Program-made: the position numbers and the translations under genes
DNA from: Proteromonas lacertae
Lineage: Eukaryota
Length of the DNA: 55,378 nt
Direction of reading: 5' to 3'
Assembly (NCBI GenBank): GCA_002245135.1
Contig: NGBS01000303.1
Coordinates: 124,001 to 179,378 of the forward strand
Part shown: positions 1-13,388 of the stretch, piece after piece
Layout: each line of letters opens with the position of its first letter
How positions within the stretch are numbered: position 1 is the first letter of the stretch
Notes under the pieces: model-generated
Told to the model about the DNA's origin: nothing
The model's input: the letters and a program-made list of their open reading frames with translations, nothing else
Database searches by the model: none

Positions 1-1418
1 ACAGATGGAATCTATTTGAGATGTAATAGTGTATGGAGAAAAACTGATTCTACACTGAAACAGCCAAATTTTATACTTAGACAGTATATAATATATTGTT
101 ATGTTTTATAGAGATGCTTTATCTCATTGGTATCCAAATTACAAGAACAGTATTGACTTAATAATGAATCAGAATCAAACCCTTGATTTTATAGATTTAA
201 ACGTAAATGACAAATTTATACGAAAATTAAAAGAAACAATGAATTGTCCAATTCATTCATTATTAATGACACCCTTTATTGATCCTCAATTTGCTAATAA
301 TAGAAATGAGAATATTATAGGATTGATAATATTTATTAATAAGATTAAAAATACAGAATGTTTATTACCAAATACTCCAAGACTCAACAGATTAGAAAGT
401 TGCAATGTCACTTTACCACGATTTACCATAACGGATCTATTTTTATGTAAATCTTTTGGAATATTTGTGTCATTGTCATTGACTGATAACAGCAACAACA
501 ACAACAACAACAATAATAATAACACTCCTTTATCTCGTTCTAATTCTATTACTCCTTTTGGTTTAAGGAATAACAATGTTAGAGATAAGATATTAGTAAC
601 ATTAGCATCAGTAGCAGAATTATTACATACTCCAAGTGATGAATCAACAATGAGTCATCAATTAATAAATACAGCAAATAGTTTGGTACAAAGCTTGAAA
701 TTGACATTAAATCAAAGTATGATATTAATTTATTATATTATTTTTTATTAGATAATCAAAAGAATTTCACTTCTAATAATTCTAGCAATAATAGTAATGG
801 AACAACGAGAGAGTTTTTATCTTCACCAGGTAGTACATCCTCTTCATTTGGTGATATTGAACTATACAAAGCCTTCAGTCAATTATGTGAAAAAATTGTA
901 TTAATAGAACATTCCAAACAATCAGTATTACCACCAATTAGTGAGAATAATGGAAATACAGATCAATTCTTAATAAGCAAATTAACATGTTCAATTATTC
1001 AACCAGAAGATGGGTTGAATTATCCAATGAAATTAGAAACTGTTAGTAGGCATGAAGTATTGAGTGAAAGGAGTAGTAAAATAGAATTTAAATTAGAAGG
1101 TGAAAATTCACCACTTATTTTATTTCATAGTATTATTTGTCCAGTTATTATCAAATTACAATATGGAGAGAAAGATGTAATGATTGGAAGAGTGATTTTG
1201 AATCCCACTACTGAATCTTTACCAATTATTGATATACCAATTAGCACAGCAAAATTTTGTATAATATATATATTTATAATTTATAATTAGCAAGTTCATT
1301 CTTAAGTGGTACTGCCAAAATATGTCAAAAACACAAAGAAAAACAACAATGGTATTTATATAAAGTTATATGTACACTGCGTGGAACATTCGTGAATAGG
1401 TTTATTGAAAATGTTTAA
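1..1418 (+). CDS. 3' part of a GAF-domain protein with a C-terminal FHA-like domain (5' end lies outside the window)
   Basis: Introns 84-111, 717-751 and 1259-1290 join the ORFs up to a TAA at 1416-1418. GAF-like segments: SLLMTPF...IIGLIIFINK...FTITDLFLCKSF. FHA-like C-terminus: DVMIGR...WYLYKVICTLRGTFVN. Poly-Asn linker between them. Confidence 0.6.
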
Positions 1419-1527
1419 ATTACATTTATTTATTCTATTAACTACATATTAATATTATTAAATATCTAGATTTTATATACTATCTGATTTTAATAAGTTA
1501 TGATATTGATTTTGTTGTGTTTTTTTG

Positions 1528-2237
1528 TTAAATTATAACACATACACCACTACTATTTATTTTCATCTTTAATAGGTTTAATTCCATTAAATAGTTGTGT
1601 TTCTCTTCGACATCTCCTTCAAATAGTGTGTATAGGAAAAAAATAACATCATCTTTTAGTTTTATTTTTAGAATCTCATTTTTATGGCATTTCAATACTC
1701 CTATAGAAAATAACAATATATCATCCCATCCATTATCTAGGAAATGAGTCCATAACTCTTTTATTTCATCAAATGTAATTAATCTTGATAATGTATACAG
1801 AGATATCCAATGTCTAACAAATACAAAGTGCACCAAGTCCATCTCATTCGATTCAAAATACTGTAGAAAGCTTCTATCTATTTGGTAAAAAAATCTTTTG
1901 AAATGTATTGCTAGTGTATCTAAATACGGCAAATCTTGTTGAAACAAACCATACATATTGTATTTGTGATTTGTTAATATTTTATGAAATAAAAGCATGG
2001 CTGTTGTTTCATTTGATAAAAGTAATAAAAAACCAGCTATAAAATTCATTCCTTGAACATAACCGATCTAGCATACACATTAACGAAAAAATATAATACA
2101 ACTGGATGATTTAAAGCTGCTATTCGCAAAATATTTTCTAGAGACTTTTTCTGTTCAATATTTAACTGAGTAGGAAATGTACGAGGAATATCAACCTCAA
2201 TCTGCCGTTGAACATCTTCAGGAAGCTTTCTATTCAT
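1528..2237 (-). CDS. Small stand-alone TBC-domain Rab GTPase-activating protein
   Basis: Intron 2068-2099 joins QIEVDIPRTF (IxxDxxR arginine finger) to IGYVQGMNFIAGFLL (YxQ glutamine finger). Confidence 0.9.
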
Positions 2238-2336
2238 CTTTAAAAACGAAAGAAAAAATCAAACATGTTTGTTTCAAAATAGATTATAAAAAACACAAAA
2301 AAGAAGAATAGAATAATATTAATTATAATACAGTAT

Positions 2337-5300
2337 TTATTCATTTATATGGACATGAATATTTTTCTTTTCTACCTTCTTAAGTATCTCTCTCGTTGAT
2401 ATTAATTTCACATTATAAGTTGTACTATAATATATAAATAAATATATATTTTACTCATTATTAACTGATATAATTGTTCCATGCCTCCATATATTATCTT
2501 TCAATATATCTACATCATCATTCACTGAATAATTAGGTTTTTGATTATATTTCATTTTATCCTTTTCTTTTTTTGTTAGAAATGGAGTTTTGTCTTCATT
2601 AACCCCTACATCACTCAGTTTTTCTTTATTCTTCTTACTACTACTACAACAGCAGCAGCATTTATCATAGCAGGAACTGAAACAGCTAAAGATAAAAGAA
2701 AAACAAGTAGTAAACAACAACAAAATCTTCGCCCAAATCAATGAAAAACTACTACTGTGATTATCATTATTGTTTTTATCGTTACCTACATCTACTATAA
2801 TTTCTTTATTTTTTCTTTTTCCTTTTTCTTTTGGTGTTCTTTGCGATATTTTAGATTTATTATTTATCAACGGTTCATTCTCGCTTGGAATTGCTTGACT
2901 GTTCTTCATTTCTTTATACTTGTTATAAGAATCTACATACTCATTATAAACATTAATCTTTTTAAATTCATTTGGAAAATCTTTATTCATCTTCTTATAA
3001 CAGTAATTATAATAATCTTTGATTAGAGTGTCAATTTCCTATTAATAATAATAACTATCACTATATATATACATTTAATTTATCATCTAATTCATTTAAT
3101 GTTTTTCCTTTTATCTTTTCATCAAATCTAGACAATTTATTATCTATCACTCCTATTCTCTTTATATCATTACATTCATCCACTCTTTCTTCATATCTTT
3201 TATTAATTATTTCCTATTAGAAAAAAATTAGGATATAAATATCATACTTTAACTTCTTCTCTAATTTCTTTTAAATCATTAATCACATTTTGTGATGGTT
3301 TTGACACTTTTAATCTTTCAAAATCATCTTTTCTTTCTAGATTTTTTGTAAATGGTTTTATCTCATTTCTATTCATTCATTATAATAGAATTATATAATC
3401 TATACTCCAATTCTCTCTTTTCTCTTATCAGTTTACATTCATTTCTAACTTTTCTTATCATTTCATCAATTAAAGGAAATTCTTTAGGAGAATATTCTCT
3501 TTTTTTAAACTCTTTATAACTTTCTGTCTCCTTTTCTTCCTTTGATAATTTATTCAACTTGTCAACTACATCATATACTTTCTTCATATTTTGAGTATTA
3601 CTGTTAATTCTACTTATAATTTCATCTATTTTTTCTGGTTCAATACTCTCAACAGATTCTGTTATATTTTTGAAGTTATTTTTGTAGTTTTTTACATTTT
3701 CTTCATAATCCTTTTTCTCCTTTTCATATTCTTCTAAAACCTTCTTATGTTGATTTACTTTTGCCTATTAAAATATGATTGAAAGTAATATACATTTAGA
3801 TTACTTACAATACTAATAACTTCTTTTCCTTTAATAGAGTCTAACAATTTATCACCATATCCTCTGTAAATATTCTTCATGACATTAACTATATTATTAT
3901 ATCTTTTGTTTGATTCAATTGAATTTTCTAATTCATTGATATAACCTTCCATTTCCTTAATGTTCATAGCTGTTCTTTTATGATTAATATTTAATATATT
4001 CATAAAACTACCGCTCATAGTTTTAATTTTGATCTGTAATTCATTCATTTTCTCTTTCAATGTTTTCATATTATCAAATTCATTTTTGAATATATCAATT
4101 GAATCTGAATAATCTTTCACATCTGATTCTTTTATCATTTGATTTGAATAAACCATTTCTTTTTCTTTTCCAATAATATCATCATAATTATCAGATTTAC
4201 AATCATTATAGTTCCTTTCATATTCATCAGATAACTTATAAAATTCGTCACTATGAATAAATAATACAATAAATCTATTTATATTATACTATTTGTTATT
4301 AAATAATTCACAGTTATTCATTATCTTCTTCATATCATCATAAATAAATTTCAAATCATCTATTGACTTTGATTTTGTTTGAGGATTTCTAATTGTGCTA
4401 AAGGTTTCTTCTCTTCTTGAAATATAACCACTCTTGATCTTAGATTCTAATCTGTCAAATTCATAACTAAAAAACAATATAATGATAGTAATACCATAAA
4501 GCTTCAATATCATTCAAAATACTAGATTTCTCTCTCAATAAATCAGTTTCTTGCATAAAATTATTAATTATTCCATTCAAATTATTAACATAATCTTTTT
4601 CCTCTTTACTTAATTCATATTTATCACATTTCTGAACATTATCACTTTCAGTCATCTTACCAGAATTTAAATTATATATCATTCTACATGGATTGTTACT
4701 AGGTACTGTATATGAATATTTCCACCAATTTTTCTTTATTGCAGCATAATAACTAATACCTGAACATAATGCTTCATCCTGATTTAGTGTAAATATCAAA
4801 TTTCCACTTGATTGCAGTTTATTCTTCACATAATCATTTAATATATCTTTAATACACGGTATTCTTGTTGTTCCTCCAACTATTACTATATTCATCTTTG
4901 ATTTTACAGATTCATCTACATTTTCTAAACATTTATCTAACAATCCACAAATCACAGTTTCACCTTGTAAATCTTCCTTTACAATTCTTGCTATATCATC
5001 CACTGAAACTCTTGTTGAAAAATCTTCATAATCATTATCTCCATCAGGTATAATATCATTAATTTCTGCATTTATATCACTAGCTCCTGCTGCAGAGAGT
5101 TTTTCTTTTATATTTACAGTTGTTTTTAATATCTTCACATGATTTTTCATATTTCTTGGATTCTTTTCTTCTAAGTTTAATTTATCACCATGTTCAGTAG
5201 TTATTCTATCTCTTAATATTTTCATTATATTATTATCTACTAATTCTCCATTCAATTCTGTCGTATAAGCTACACTTTTTACATCACAATAATTCTATAC

Positions 5301-6103
5301 ATTTCATAATAAGTAATTCATATATATATATATATATATATACAGGAGAATAATGACAATAAATTGCTGTGAAACAGTGATGTCCAATATCTACAATTAT
5401 TATATCATAACCTTCGTCAGTAATTCGACTATTATTTTCATAACCATACGCTAAAGAAACTGCTAAATATTCAGGAATAAAGTCATCCAATCTAGCTTTC
5501 TTTGATACTTCATAAAAATATTTAATATGAGATAATTCTTTAGCTGTGTAATACGGAGGATACTGTTTATATGATAAATATATAATAATTTCATACAGTC
5601 AAAACAATTTGAGGATTTGGATTGTTGATAATCGACAGATAATGAATTGCACAGAAAAAGTAAAATACATCCAATTCATATGGTTCTTTATTCATCTAGC
5701 AATATAAAACAGGTAAGTAATACTACAACAGCAATATGACCATTGTTATTTTCAAGATCTAAAGTTGGATAAGACTTTTTCACTGAATCTAATACTGTGC
5801 TATCTGTGAGAAAGTATTCTTTTGGACATAGCAGAATGTTCTTGTTGTTTCGGACGTACTGTAAAAATAGACTTATGTAAATACTTGGTTTTCAGCAACT
5901 TGTCCAAAGATTATTTGGTCATTATTCTTTCCAACATAAGTACTAGATTAATATACTAAATAAATATACACACTAATCTTCTTAGAGAGTGAGTTTTCGA
6001 CTATTCGACCATAACCTAACTTTGGGTCTGCGTAGGATATTACAATGTTTTTCTTGCCAACATCCACTCCATAAAATCTTTCTTCAACATTTTTCTCAGC
6101 CAT
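2337..6103 (-). CDS. Divergent Hsp110/Hsp70-family protein: ATPase domain, lid helices, long coiled coil, hydrophobic poly-Cys segment and C-terminal Tudor/SH3-like barrel
   Basis: One continuous frame across 12 short GT-AG introns (e.g. 5943-5969, 5859-5884, 5696-5723, 5563-5596, 5295-5343, 4467-4494, 4251-4289, 3765-3793, 3369-3405). Hsp70/110 motifs: GVDVG, IIFGQVAENQ, EYLAVSLAYG, IVDIGH, IVGGTTRIP, LNQDEALCSG, NDIEALCYE. Confidence 0.8.
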
Positions 6104-6182
6104 TCTCTTTGATTTAAGAATTATTCCAGATTTGAATAGACTCAAGCCTAAATCTTTTTGATTTTTTATAGGATGAGATTAG

Positions 6183-9100
6183 ATGTCTAAATCAGCAGGT
6201 ATTAAATTATCATTTATTTTACAATTTGTTAGGTGAAATACTTAATCAAATTCTCAAGACATACAACAGCACTTCAATTTGCTGTCCTGGAGCTCATAAA
6301 AAAAGAAACGTATAAGTAATACATTTATTAAATCCATTAGGATGAAAAGGTAGAAAAATTATTGAGAGAGCTCAACAAATTGGCTTTAGCTGGAACAATT
6401 AGTATTTATTCTATATTTTTACTATCTGTAGAGTTGGAACGTCAGGAAATAATAGATCTGTTCCAACTATTGTTGGATGATTTGATTATTATTAACAACA
6501 AAATTCATGTATTTCTTAAAACAGTCTATTTTTAGATTTTGAAGATAATTGGTTTAATATCAAGAACTCACATTCAATATTTTTTGGATATTGACAATAT
6601 CTGGAATCATTTGTTCAATTTCTTCAATGATCCTACAATAGCAGAGAGTACGCTTACTACAATTGAAGCATTACTACCAGAGTATGAATTAAAATATTAT
6701 AGTCAATAGTAAACCTTCCATTGAATCATTTTTAACAACAGATGGTGTAGATATCGTATAATTTCCTATTTATGATGAATAGATTGTCAAATTATCATAC
6801 CAACCATCTTATAAAGCTATTAGCATTGATATCATGAAGAGAATATGTTACAGTTCATTTTCTGTGGAGATGATTAAGTATAATTAGAATTATATATCCT
6901 TTCATAGATATAAACAATTATCCTACCGTCATTTAAAGTCATTATTATCGGGTAACTCAAATGATATCAAGTATTTTGCTATAAACGCCTTAAGATACAT
7001 ATTTACTCCATTTCCACGATATGAGATATTATCACTATATAATCCAGGTATTGAGTGTAATATGAAAATTAATATAAGTAATGATAATGACTCAAAAGAA
7101 ACATCAATGTGTGTTGTAACGGTATAATTTTTAATAATTATATATTTTATTAGAGTTTTGCCGTTCATGAGTTTATACTAGATAATAAGGACTGTTATAT
7201 CCCAAATAGAATATTCTATTTATCCAATTATATTCAATCAAACATATCTTCTTCATCCATTACCTTTACCTATCAAGATCATGTGATTGTCACATTCACT
7301 CCAGAAGAAAGTGAGAAGAAACATGGTGGAAGTTGGAAATCATTTAGAAAATCATTATCAGCTGCAATTAACAACTTTCAACAGGAGATTAATCCATCTT
7401 GTTCAAATTCACAAGGTATATATATAATAATAATTTTAAACAGATTTAATTCGTTATTACAACACTCAATCTCCAATTCATACCTATTTTAGAGATAATA
7501 AAATCTTATTTGATTTAATCAGTTTTCTCAACATTACTGATATGAACAACAACAATAATAATCAAGTTGTAACTCCAAAGAATAACGATATAAGATCACC
7601 AGATATAGCTAAATTAAAGAGAACAGTAGATTTGAAGAAGTCCACTAGATCTAGTATTACATCATCATTAAGTACAAAGGAAGTTCCATCTCCACGTGGT
7701 ACAATGATGTTGGAAGAGAATTCATTCAATTTATGCCCAGAAAATATTGTTGATGTATATATATTTATATATATTTATTTGTTGTTTAGTTGACTTATTT
7801 ATTAAGTAATTTCAGTATGTTTTTCTATGAAATCCCACCTACTCATCCATATGAAGTTGAAAGTAGAATTTTGAACTTATTAAATTGTGATAAAAATTAC
7901 CATAAGAAGTGGTGGGAAAGTCAAACTAATGTGAAAGATCCTGATTTTCAAGCTATTACACCTATTTATATTGATGATTTCTATTATCAATTAACTAAAG
8001 CTGTTTATATTACATTAGCTACAGTATAATATATATATATATATATATATAATATAGTATACAATTCATTCATCTTTACAGTTTGAAGAGATACAGTCGT
8101 TACTCATTCCAAATATGATTGAGATATTAAAAGATGAAATATGTTTCACAAATGGTACAGTTCCCTTTGTAATAAGAACATTTGCTAATATAATAATCTG
8201 TTTTAAACTACAAATAGATAAATTGGTATATGATAAAGATGAAAATATCATTTCATTACTCAATATTCTCGTAAAAACAAAGAAATTCCAAGAAGATTAT
8301 ATTATAACGGATATAGTAATAATTATCTCATCATTAACCAATAATATCATCACAAATCTAAAACCAACAATTATTGAACAATACAATACCATTGGATTTT
8401 GTTCATATTTGCTGAAACACTATTCTGATGAACAATTCCATGAGGATTGCGTTGTTGGATTATCCTCTTTCTTTACCAACAGTCAAATTGAAAGACACTT
8501 ATCAATTGAAGATTTAATAAACAGTTTAAAAACTGGACTAGTTTCTATTATACAAATCATCATTAAAGAGATGAAAATGAGAATAGAAACAGATTATAAT
8601 TGTAATGAATATTTAGATTATATCAATGACTTATGTGATACATTTTTTTCATTAGTTTTAATAATAAGAGGAAATAAGAATCAAATAGATAGTGAAATTC
8701 CAGCAACTTTGTCATTAATCATTTATTACATATTAGCTTATACTCAATCTGATCCAAGTATCATTGAACACTTATATACAGTTGGAAACCTAAAAGAAGG
8801 TGAAGCATGGAAACATTTTATAGTGATGATGTTTGATGAAGCTTATCCAATCAAATTTCGAGGAATTATTATTGATATTTTATGCTATTTTGGACAAAGA
8901 GAGACTGAATTTAGAAAGAAGATTGTTACATCTAAAATACCAGGAATAAGTGATGTATTCTTACAAACATTTGATAATTGTCAAAAAGAAAAAGATTCGT
9001 TTCTAAAAGGTCAATATTGTAAGTTTTTGGCAAGATATTTCAATGGTCCAGAATATGTAAAAGAATTACAAAAATATAAAATACAACAACTATTATTAGA

Positions 9101-12100
9101 TTGTTTTAAATCAGTCAAACCTCAACAAATCAAAGAAGAATTATCTTCTTTTGATAATGATAATGGAATAAGTGGATTTATATTGCTACAATCATTATTT
9201 GTGAGAGATAATGAAGGATTACAGAAATTTATGAAAAATGATAATACAATCTTCAAAATGATTTTATATACACCATCCTCAAAAAGCTTGTTAGTTCAAA
9301 CCTCAGGAATTGAGTTTTATATTAGTTTAACTAAAGATTCTCAGTGTGTTCATACTTTATTTGATATATATCCTAATTGGATTAAATTAATGACTGAATT
9401 AACTCACCACAAAGATTTTTACACTAGAAATTATAGTATATTGTGCTTAAGACAATTATTTTTGAATTCTAATGGTGAAGATTCGATTGTTAATAAATTA
9501 AATATTAATCAATTAACTATACTTTCTTATGCTAATGATTCTGTAGTACAGATGATTGTATTTAAGGTATTGAATGTAAAGCTTGAGACAGGCTTGTTCC
9601 CAATGTATGATCATGTTGATTATCCAATCAAAAAAGGTGTAATATTATACAAAACGGCTACTTTATTGGGACTTAAGAATACTTGGCCTAAATGTTATGC
9701 AATATTGACATGTGATCATATATTATATTTATATAAAGAAAAATCAGAAGAACCAAAAATGAAATTATATTTAAAAGGATGTGAATATTCTAATCCATTA
9801 TCTGATGATCCAGTTATAACAATCAGTAATAAAAACATGTCAGTTCAATTAAAAGGTATAAATAAAGAATCAACCATAGAATGGGGATTATATATCTCTA
9901 AATCAACTGAAGGAACTTATTACATTACTTCCACTGAAAGAAATATGGATAATACTCCAAAAGATACGAAATTAACAAGAAGAAAGACAATGGATAGCAA
10001 TACAGTAACAAATCCATTGATTTTTGTAAGTAATTGCCCTACTGCGCAGTTAAGTGAATTAGATATCAAACAATTTATTCAAGCAATAAAGATGTTACCA
10101 GAAACAAAAGATTTGAATCATCAATTACAATTAGCTCAATTTGTGCATTTAATTAGTTATTGTATAGAATATATATATATATATATTATTAGATTCAATG
10201 TTGGAAGAGGATCAAATACAACAATTAGGAGATATTGTCTGTCAAATGTTGAAGAAGAACTTGGAATATGTTGAAAATAAGAATAAAAAACTAACACCAT
10301 CACCAGCTATATATTATGAAATAATGTCTAATAATGTATGAATATATATATTATTGTAAATAGTGTAATTATGACAATATAACCATGTGTCCATTATGTT
10401 TATCATTTAACTATGTAAATAGTGAAATGTGTGATTTCTGTGGAATTAATATGAAGAAAACAAAATTCCATACAAAAGATAGAAGTGAGAATTTTATATT
10501 ACGCTTAGAGATGAGATCATTGAAAGAAAATCATTTGGAGAATCTATTGAATGTAATTTCTATTCATTATATTAAAGCACTTGTGCTATTATCTGATAGA
10601 TTATGTTTAGAAAGAGAAGTATATATTTATTATTATTATTATTATATTAATAGTATTGCCCACCTACAAGTTTAATTACAGTATTAAGTAGTTATAATTT
10701 TTCATGTTATACATTACCTTATTTTATATATTCATATCCATTAATATTGTATATATTATTATTATTATTATATTATTATTATATTATTTAGAAATGAATT
10801 GATAAAACATGATGAACATCCAAATGTTGATTTATATTTCTTACCATTTTTATCAATATTAAATGCTTATAAAGACATTAGCCCTGTTTTCTTCAATTCT
10901 GCATTCTTAATGTTTAGATATATGTTATATGAACTACAGAAGAGTGATAAGAAATTAGCATATGATTTATCCAAAACTAATTGTATATATATATATCCAT
11001 TTTTTTAAATTTATAAATAGTCTTGAGTATTATGAAAGAGAAATTTAAAGTCTTAATTATTGAACATAAAGAATTATTCTTTGAAATAATGGATAGTTTA
11101 TATGGTTCAAGTGATTTAAGTGAATGTAAAAACACATTTTTACTTGATGTAATTGATTCTACAATCAAATATGATGAATTACACAAAGTGTCAATAAATG
11201 CATTGAATGGTTTTTATAAGAAAGGAAAATCTTATCCAGAGAGAATATTAACGAGTAAAAAAGAGAAAGACACTCCAGCTGTGATAAATATAATGAGTTT
11301 TTATGAAAAAATAAAGAATAAAATTGAATTATCAGATTTTGATATTAATTTCTGTATTCATTGTATTAAGATATTATATGGAACAGCTGAAGGCAATAAT
11401 AATAATAATAACCAAACAGATAATCAATTATTTATACTTAATGGAAATGTAGAAATAATAGTTACATATATATGCAACATAATTATAAAACCAAATGAAA
11501 ATGAGTTATTAAAAATCCATTTAAAAACACTGACAGAGTTAGTGAAAGATAATAATGTTATGGTTTTATATATATTATCGTTGAATGGTAATTGCTTCTC
11601 CTACTTTATTATGGATGTTTTTAACTTAGTAACAATGCAAAAATTAGAAGAATATTATATTCCATTTTTATCATTCTTTAAGGAGTTTTGTTTTAATCCA
11701 TATGCATGTTATTCTATGTATCAAGCTGGCTTGTTAGGTGCAGTAGTAGAAATAATTGATAATTGTTGTTCTGATAGTGAAAACAGTGAGAAAATATTAA
11801 TTTCAGCGATGAAGTTGATAATACAAACATATCGAAATGATTATTGTTATAAACTATTCCCATTGTATAATATGAAAAAACTAAAAAACTTAGTCACTTT
11901 TGGTTTACAACATAATACATTAGACTATATGAGTTTGTTATTTGAACTATTTGTTTTATCGACTGAATATTCTCATCAATTAGTGTTAATGTTGGTTAAT
12001 TGTGAAGAATTAATACCACTAGCAGTGAATTATTCAAACAGAAAAGATCAATTAGGAAATTTAAGTAGACAATTGTTAGGTAATATTATTTCAAATAGAG

Positions 12101-12983
12101 GTTTAGCGTCTAAATATACAATATTTTATATATCTACTCCTTCATTATTTATATTATTAAATTCATCAGATCCAAATGTAATTGTTTGGAGTTTATATGT
12201 TATTAATAACAGAATGAAATACTCATCTTTGCCTAATTATGATAATGTCAATGATGATATTGTATTGAAATATACACCATGTACTATGGTTGACAATGGA
12301 AAAGTAAAACAAAGAAATATAATTATCACTAATTATGCGATTTTAGAATATCATAAAGATAGTAAGAAATATTATCCAATTAGACATATCAACTTATGGG
12401 GAGTTGAATGTAAAATTGATTATAAAAGTAAAGATACAGTCGATTGTTTGCATTTAACATTGACCAATGAGAATGTAGATATACATTATAAAATACAATT
12501 AAATAAAGCGAAAATAAATGAATATAATGCGATGAATGAGTTGTTAAATACAGTGATAAGTGAACAGAATATGAAATATAATAAATATCAAGATTTACAT
12601 CGAAATAATCCATTTTTATTTGATACACAGATGAGTTATTATCATAATCAAGATACTGATTCTAAATTATTGAATCAGTTCGGTTATCCTTGTATTATAT
12701 ATGAAGAATTAACACCAGAAATTATTAATAGAGTATATATATAATAATAATATAAATATATATTATATAATAGTTGATTGAATTAAGTAAAATCAAATAT
12801 ATACCAATAATGTATGAATTAGAAGATTTATTTGACACTTTAACTACTCATTTGAGTAAAGGAGAGAAGCCTAGGTGGAATGCTAGTGTTTCAAGGGTTG
12901 ATGAGACATATATTAAGAATAATCTTCCTACAACTACTGAACCAAAGGAGAATAAATTGAATGATAGAGTAATTTTTATATGA
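6183..12983 (+). CDS. Large (~2,100 aa) protein with three helical (ARM/HEAT-like) + PH-domain modules and a C4 zinc finger
   Basis: I traced one frame from ATG 6183 through about 16 short introns with no frameshift. Clear PH domain at ~9620-9900 (KGVILYK...WPKCYAIL...LYLYK...EW), PH-like copies at ~7090-7380 and ~12260-12560, and CPLC...CDFCG at ~10388. The last exon is uncertain (possible extra intron 12969-13043). Confidence 0.7.
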
Positions 12984-13310
12984 TTATTATAATATTATAT
13001 TTCATGTTTTTTATATTTCTTATAATTATTGTTTTTGTATTAGATATAATATAGTAAGTGATTTAAGACATAAGATTACAGCTTTAATCCTGAATTTATG
13101 AAAATTTTGAAAAATTCACACTTTACGCCATATAATTCTGTTTAAGATGTTAATTAATAAAAATGTTCATTGAGAAGATGAAAGCAATCCATAGACTTAA
13201 AAAATCAAATTGAAAATACTACTTTTCAATATTTATTCCACCTAATACTTCTTTAATGGGTATTTGGGGATAATATTAACTTGGAATCACTAGATGCTTC
13301 CTATATCTCT

Positions 13311-13370
13311 CTATATTTTATTTTAAAATTCATTTCAAGCTTTTATCAAGCATTTGCATTTTCATTTTTG
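13311..13370 (+). repeat. Direct repeat, copy 1 (5' flank of the BTB gene)
   Basis: 51/60 ungapped identities (counted by hand) with 15621-15680. Confidence 0.7.
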
Positions 13371-13388
13371 ACTTTCTCAATATTAAAT

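Noticed and set aside
5320..5342. (TA)n microsatellites (also ~8029-8050 and ~42282-42305)
   Set aside because: They lie inside introns; they are not CRISPR arrays, telomeres or element ends.
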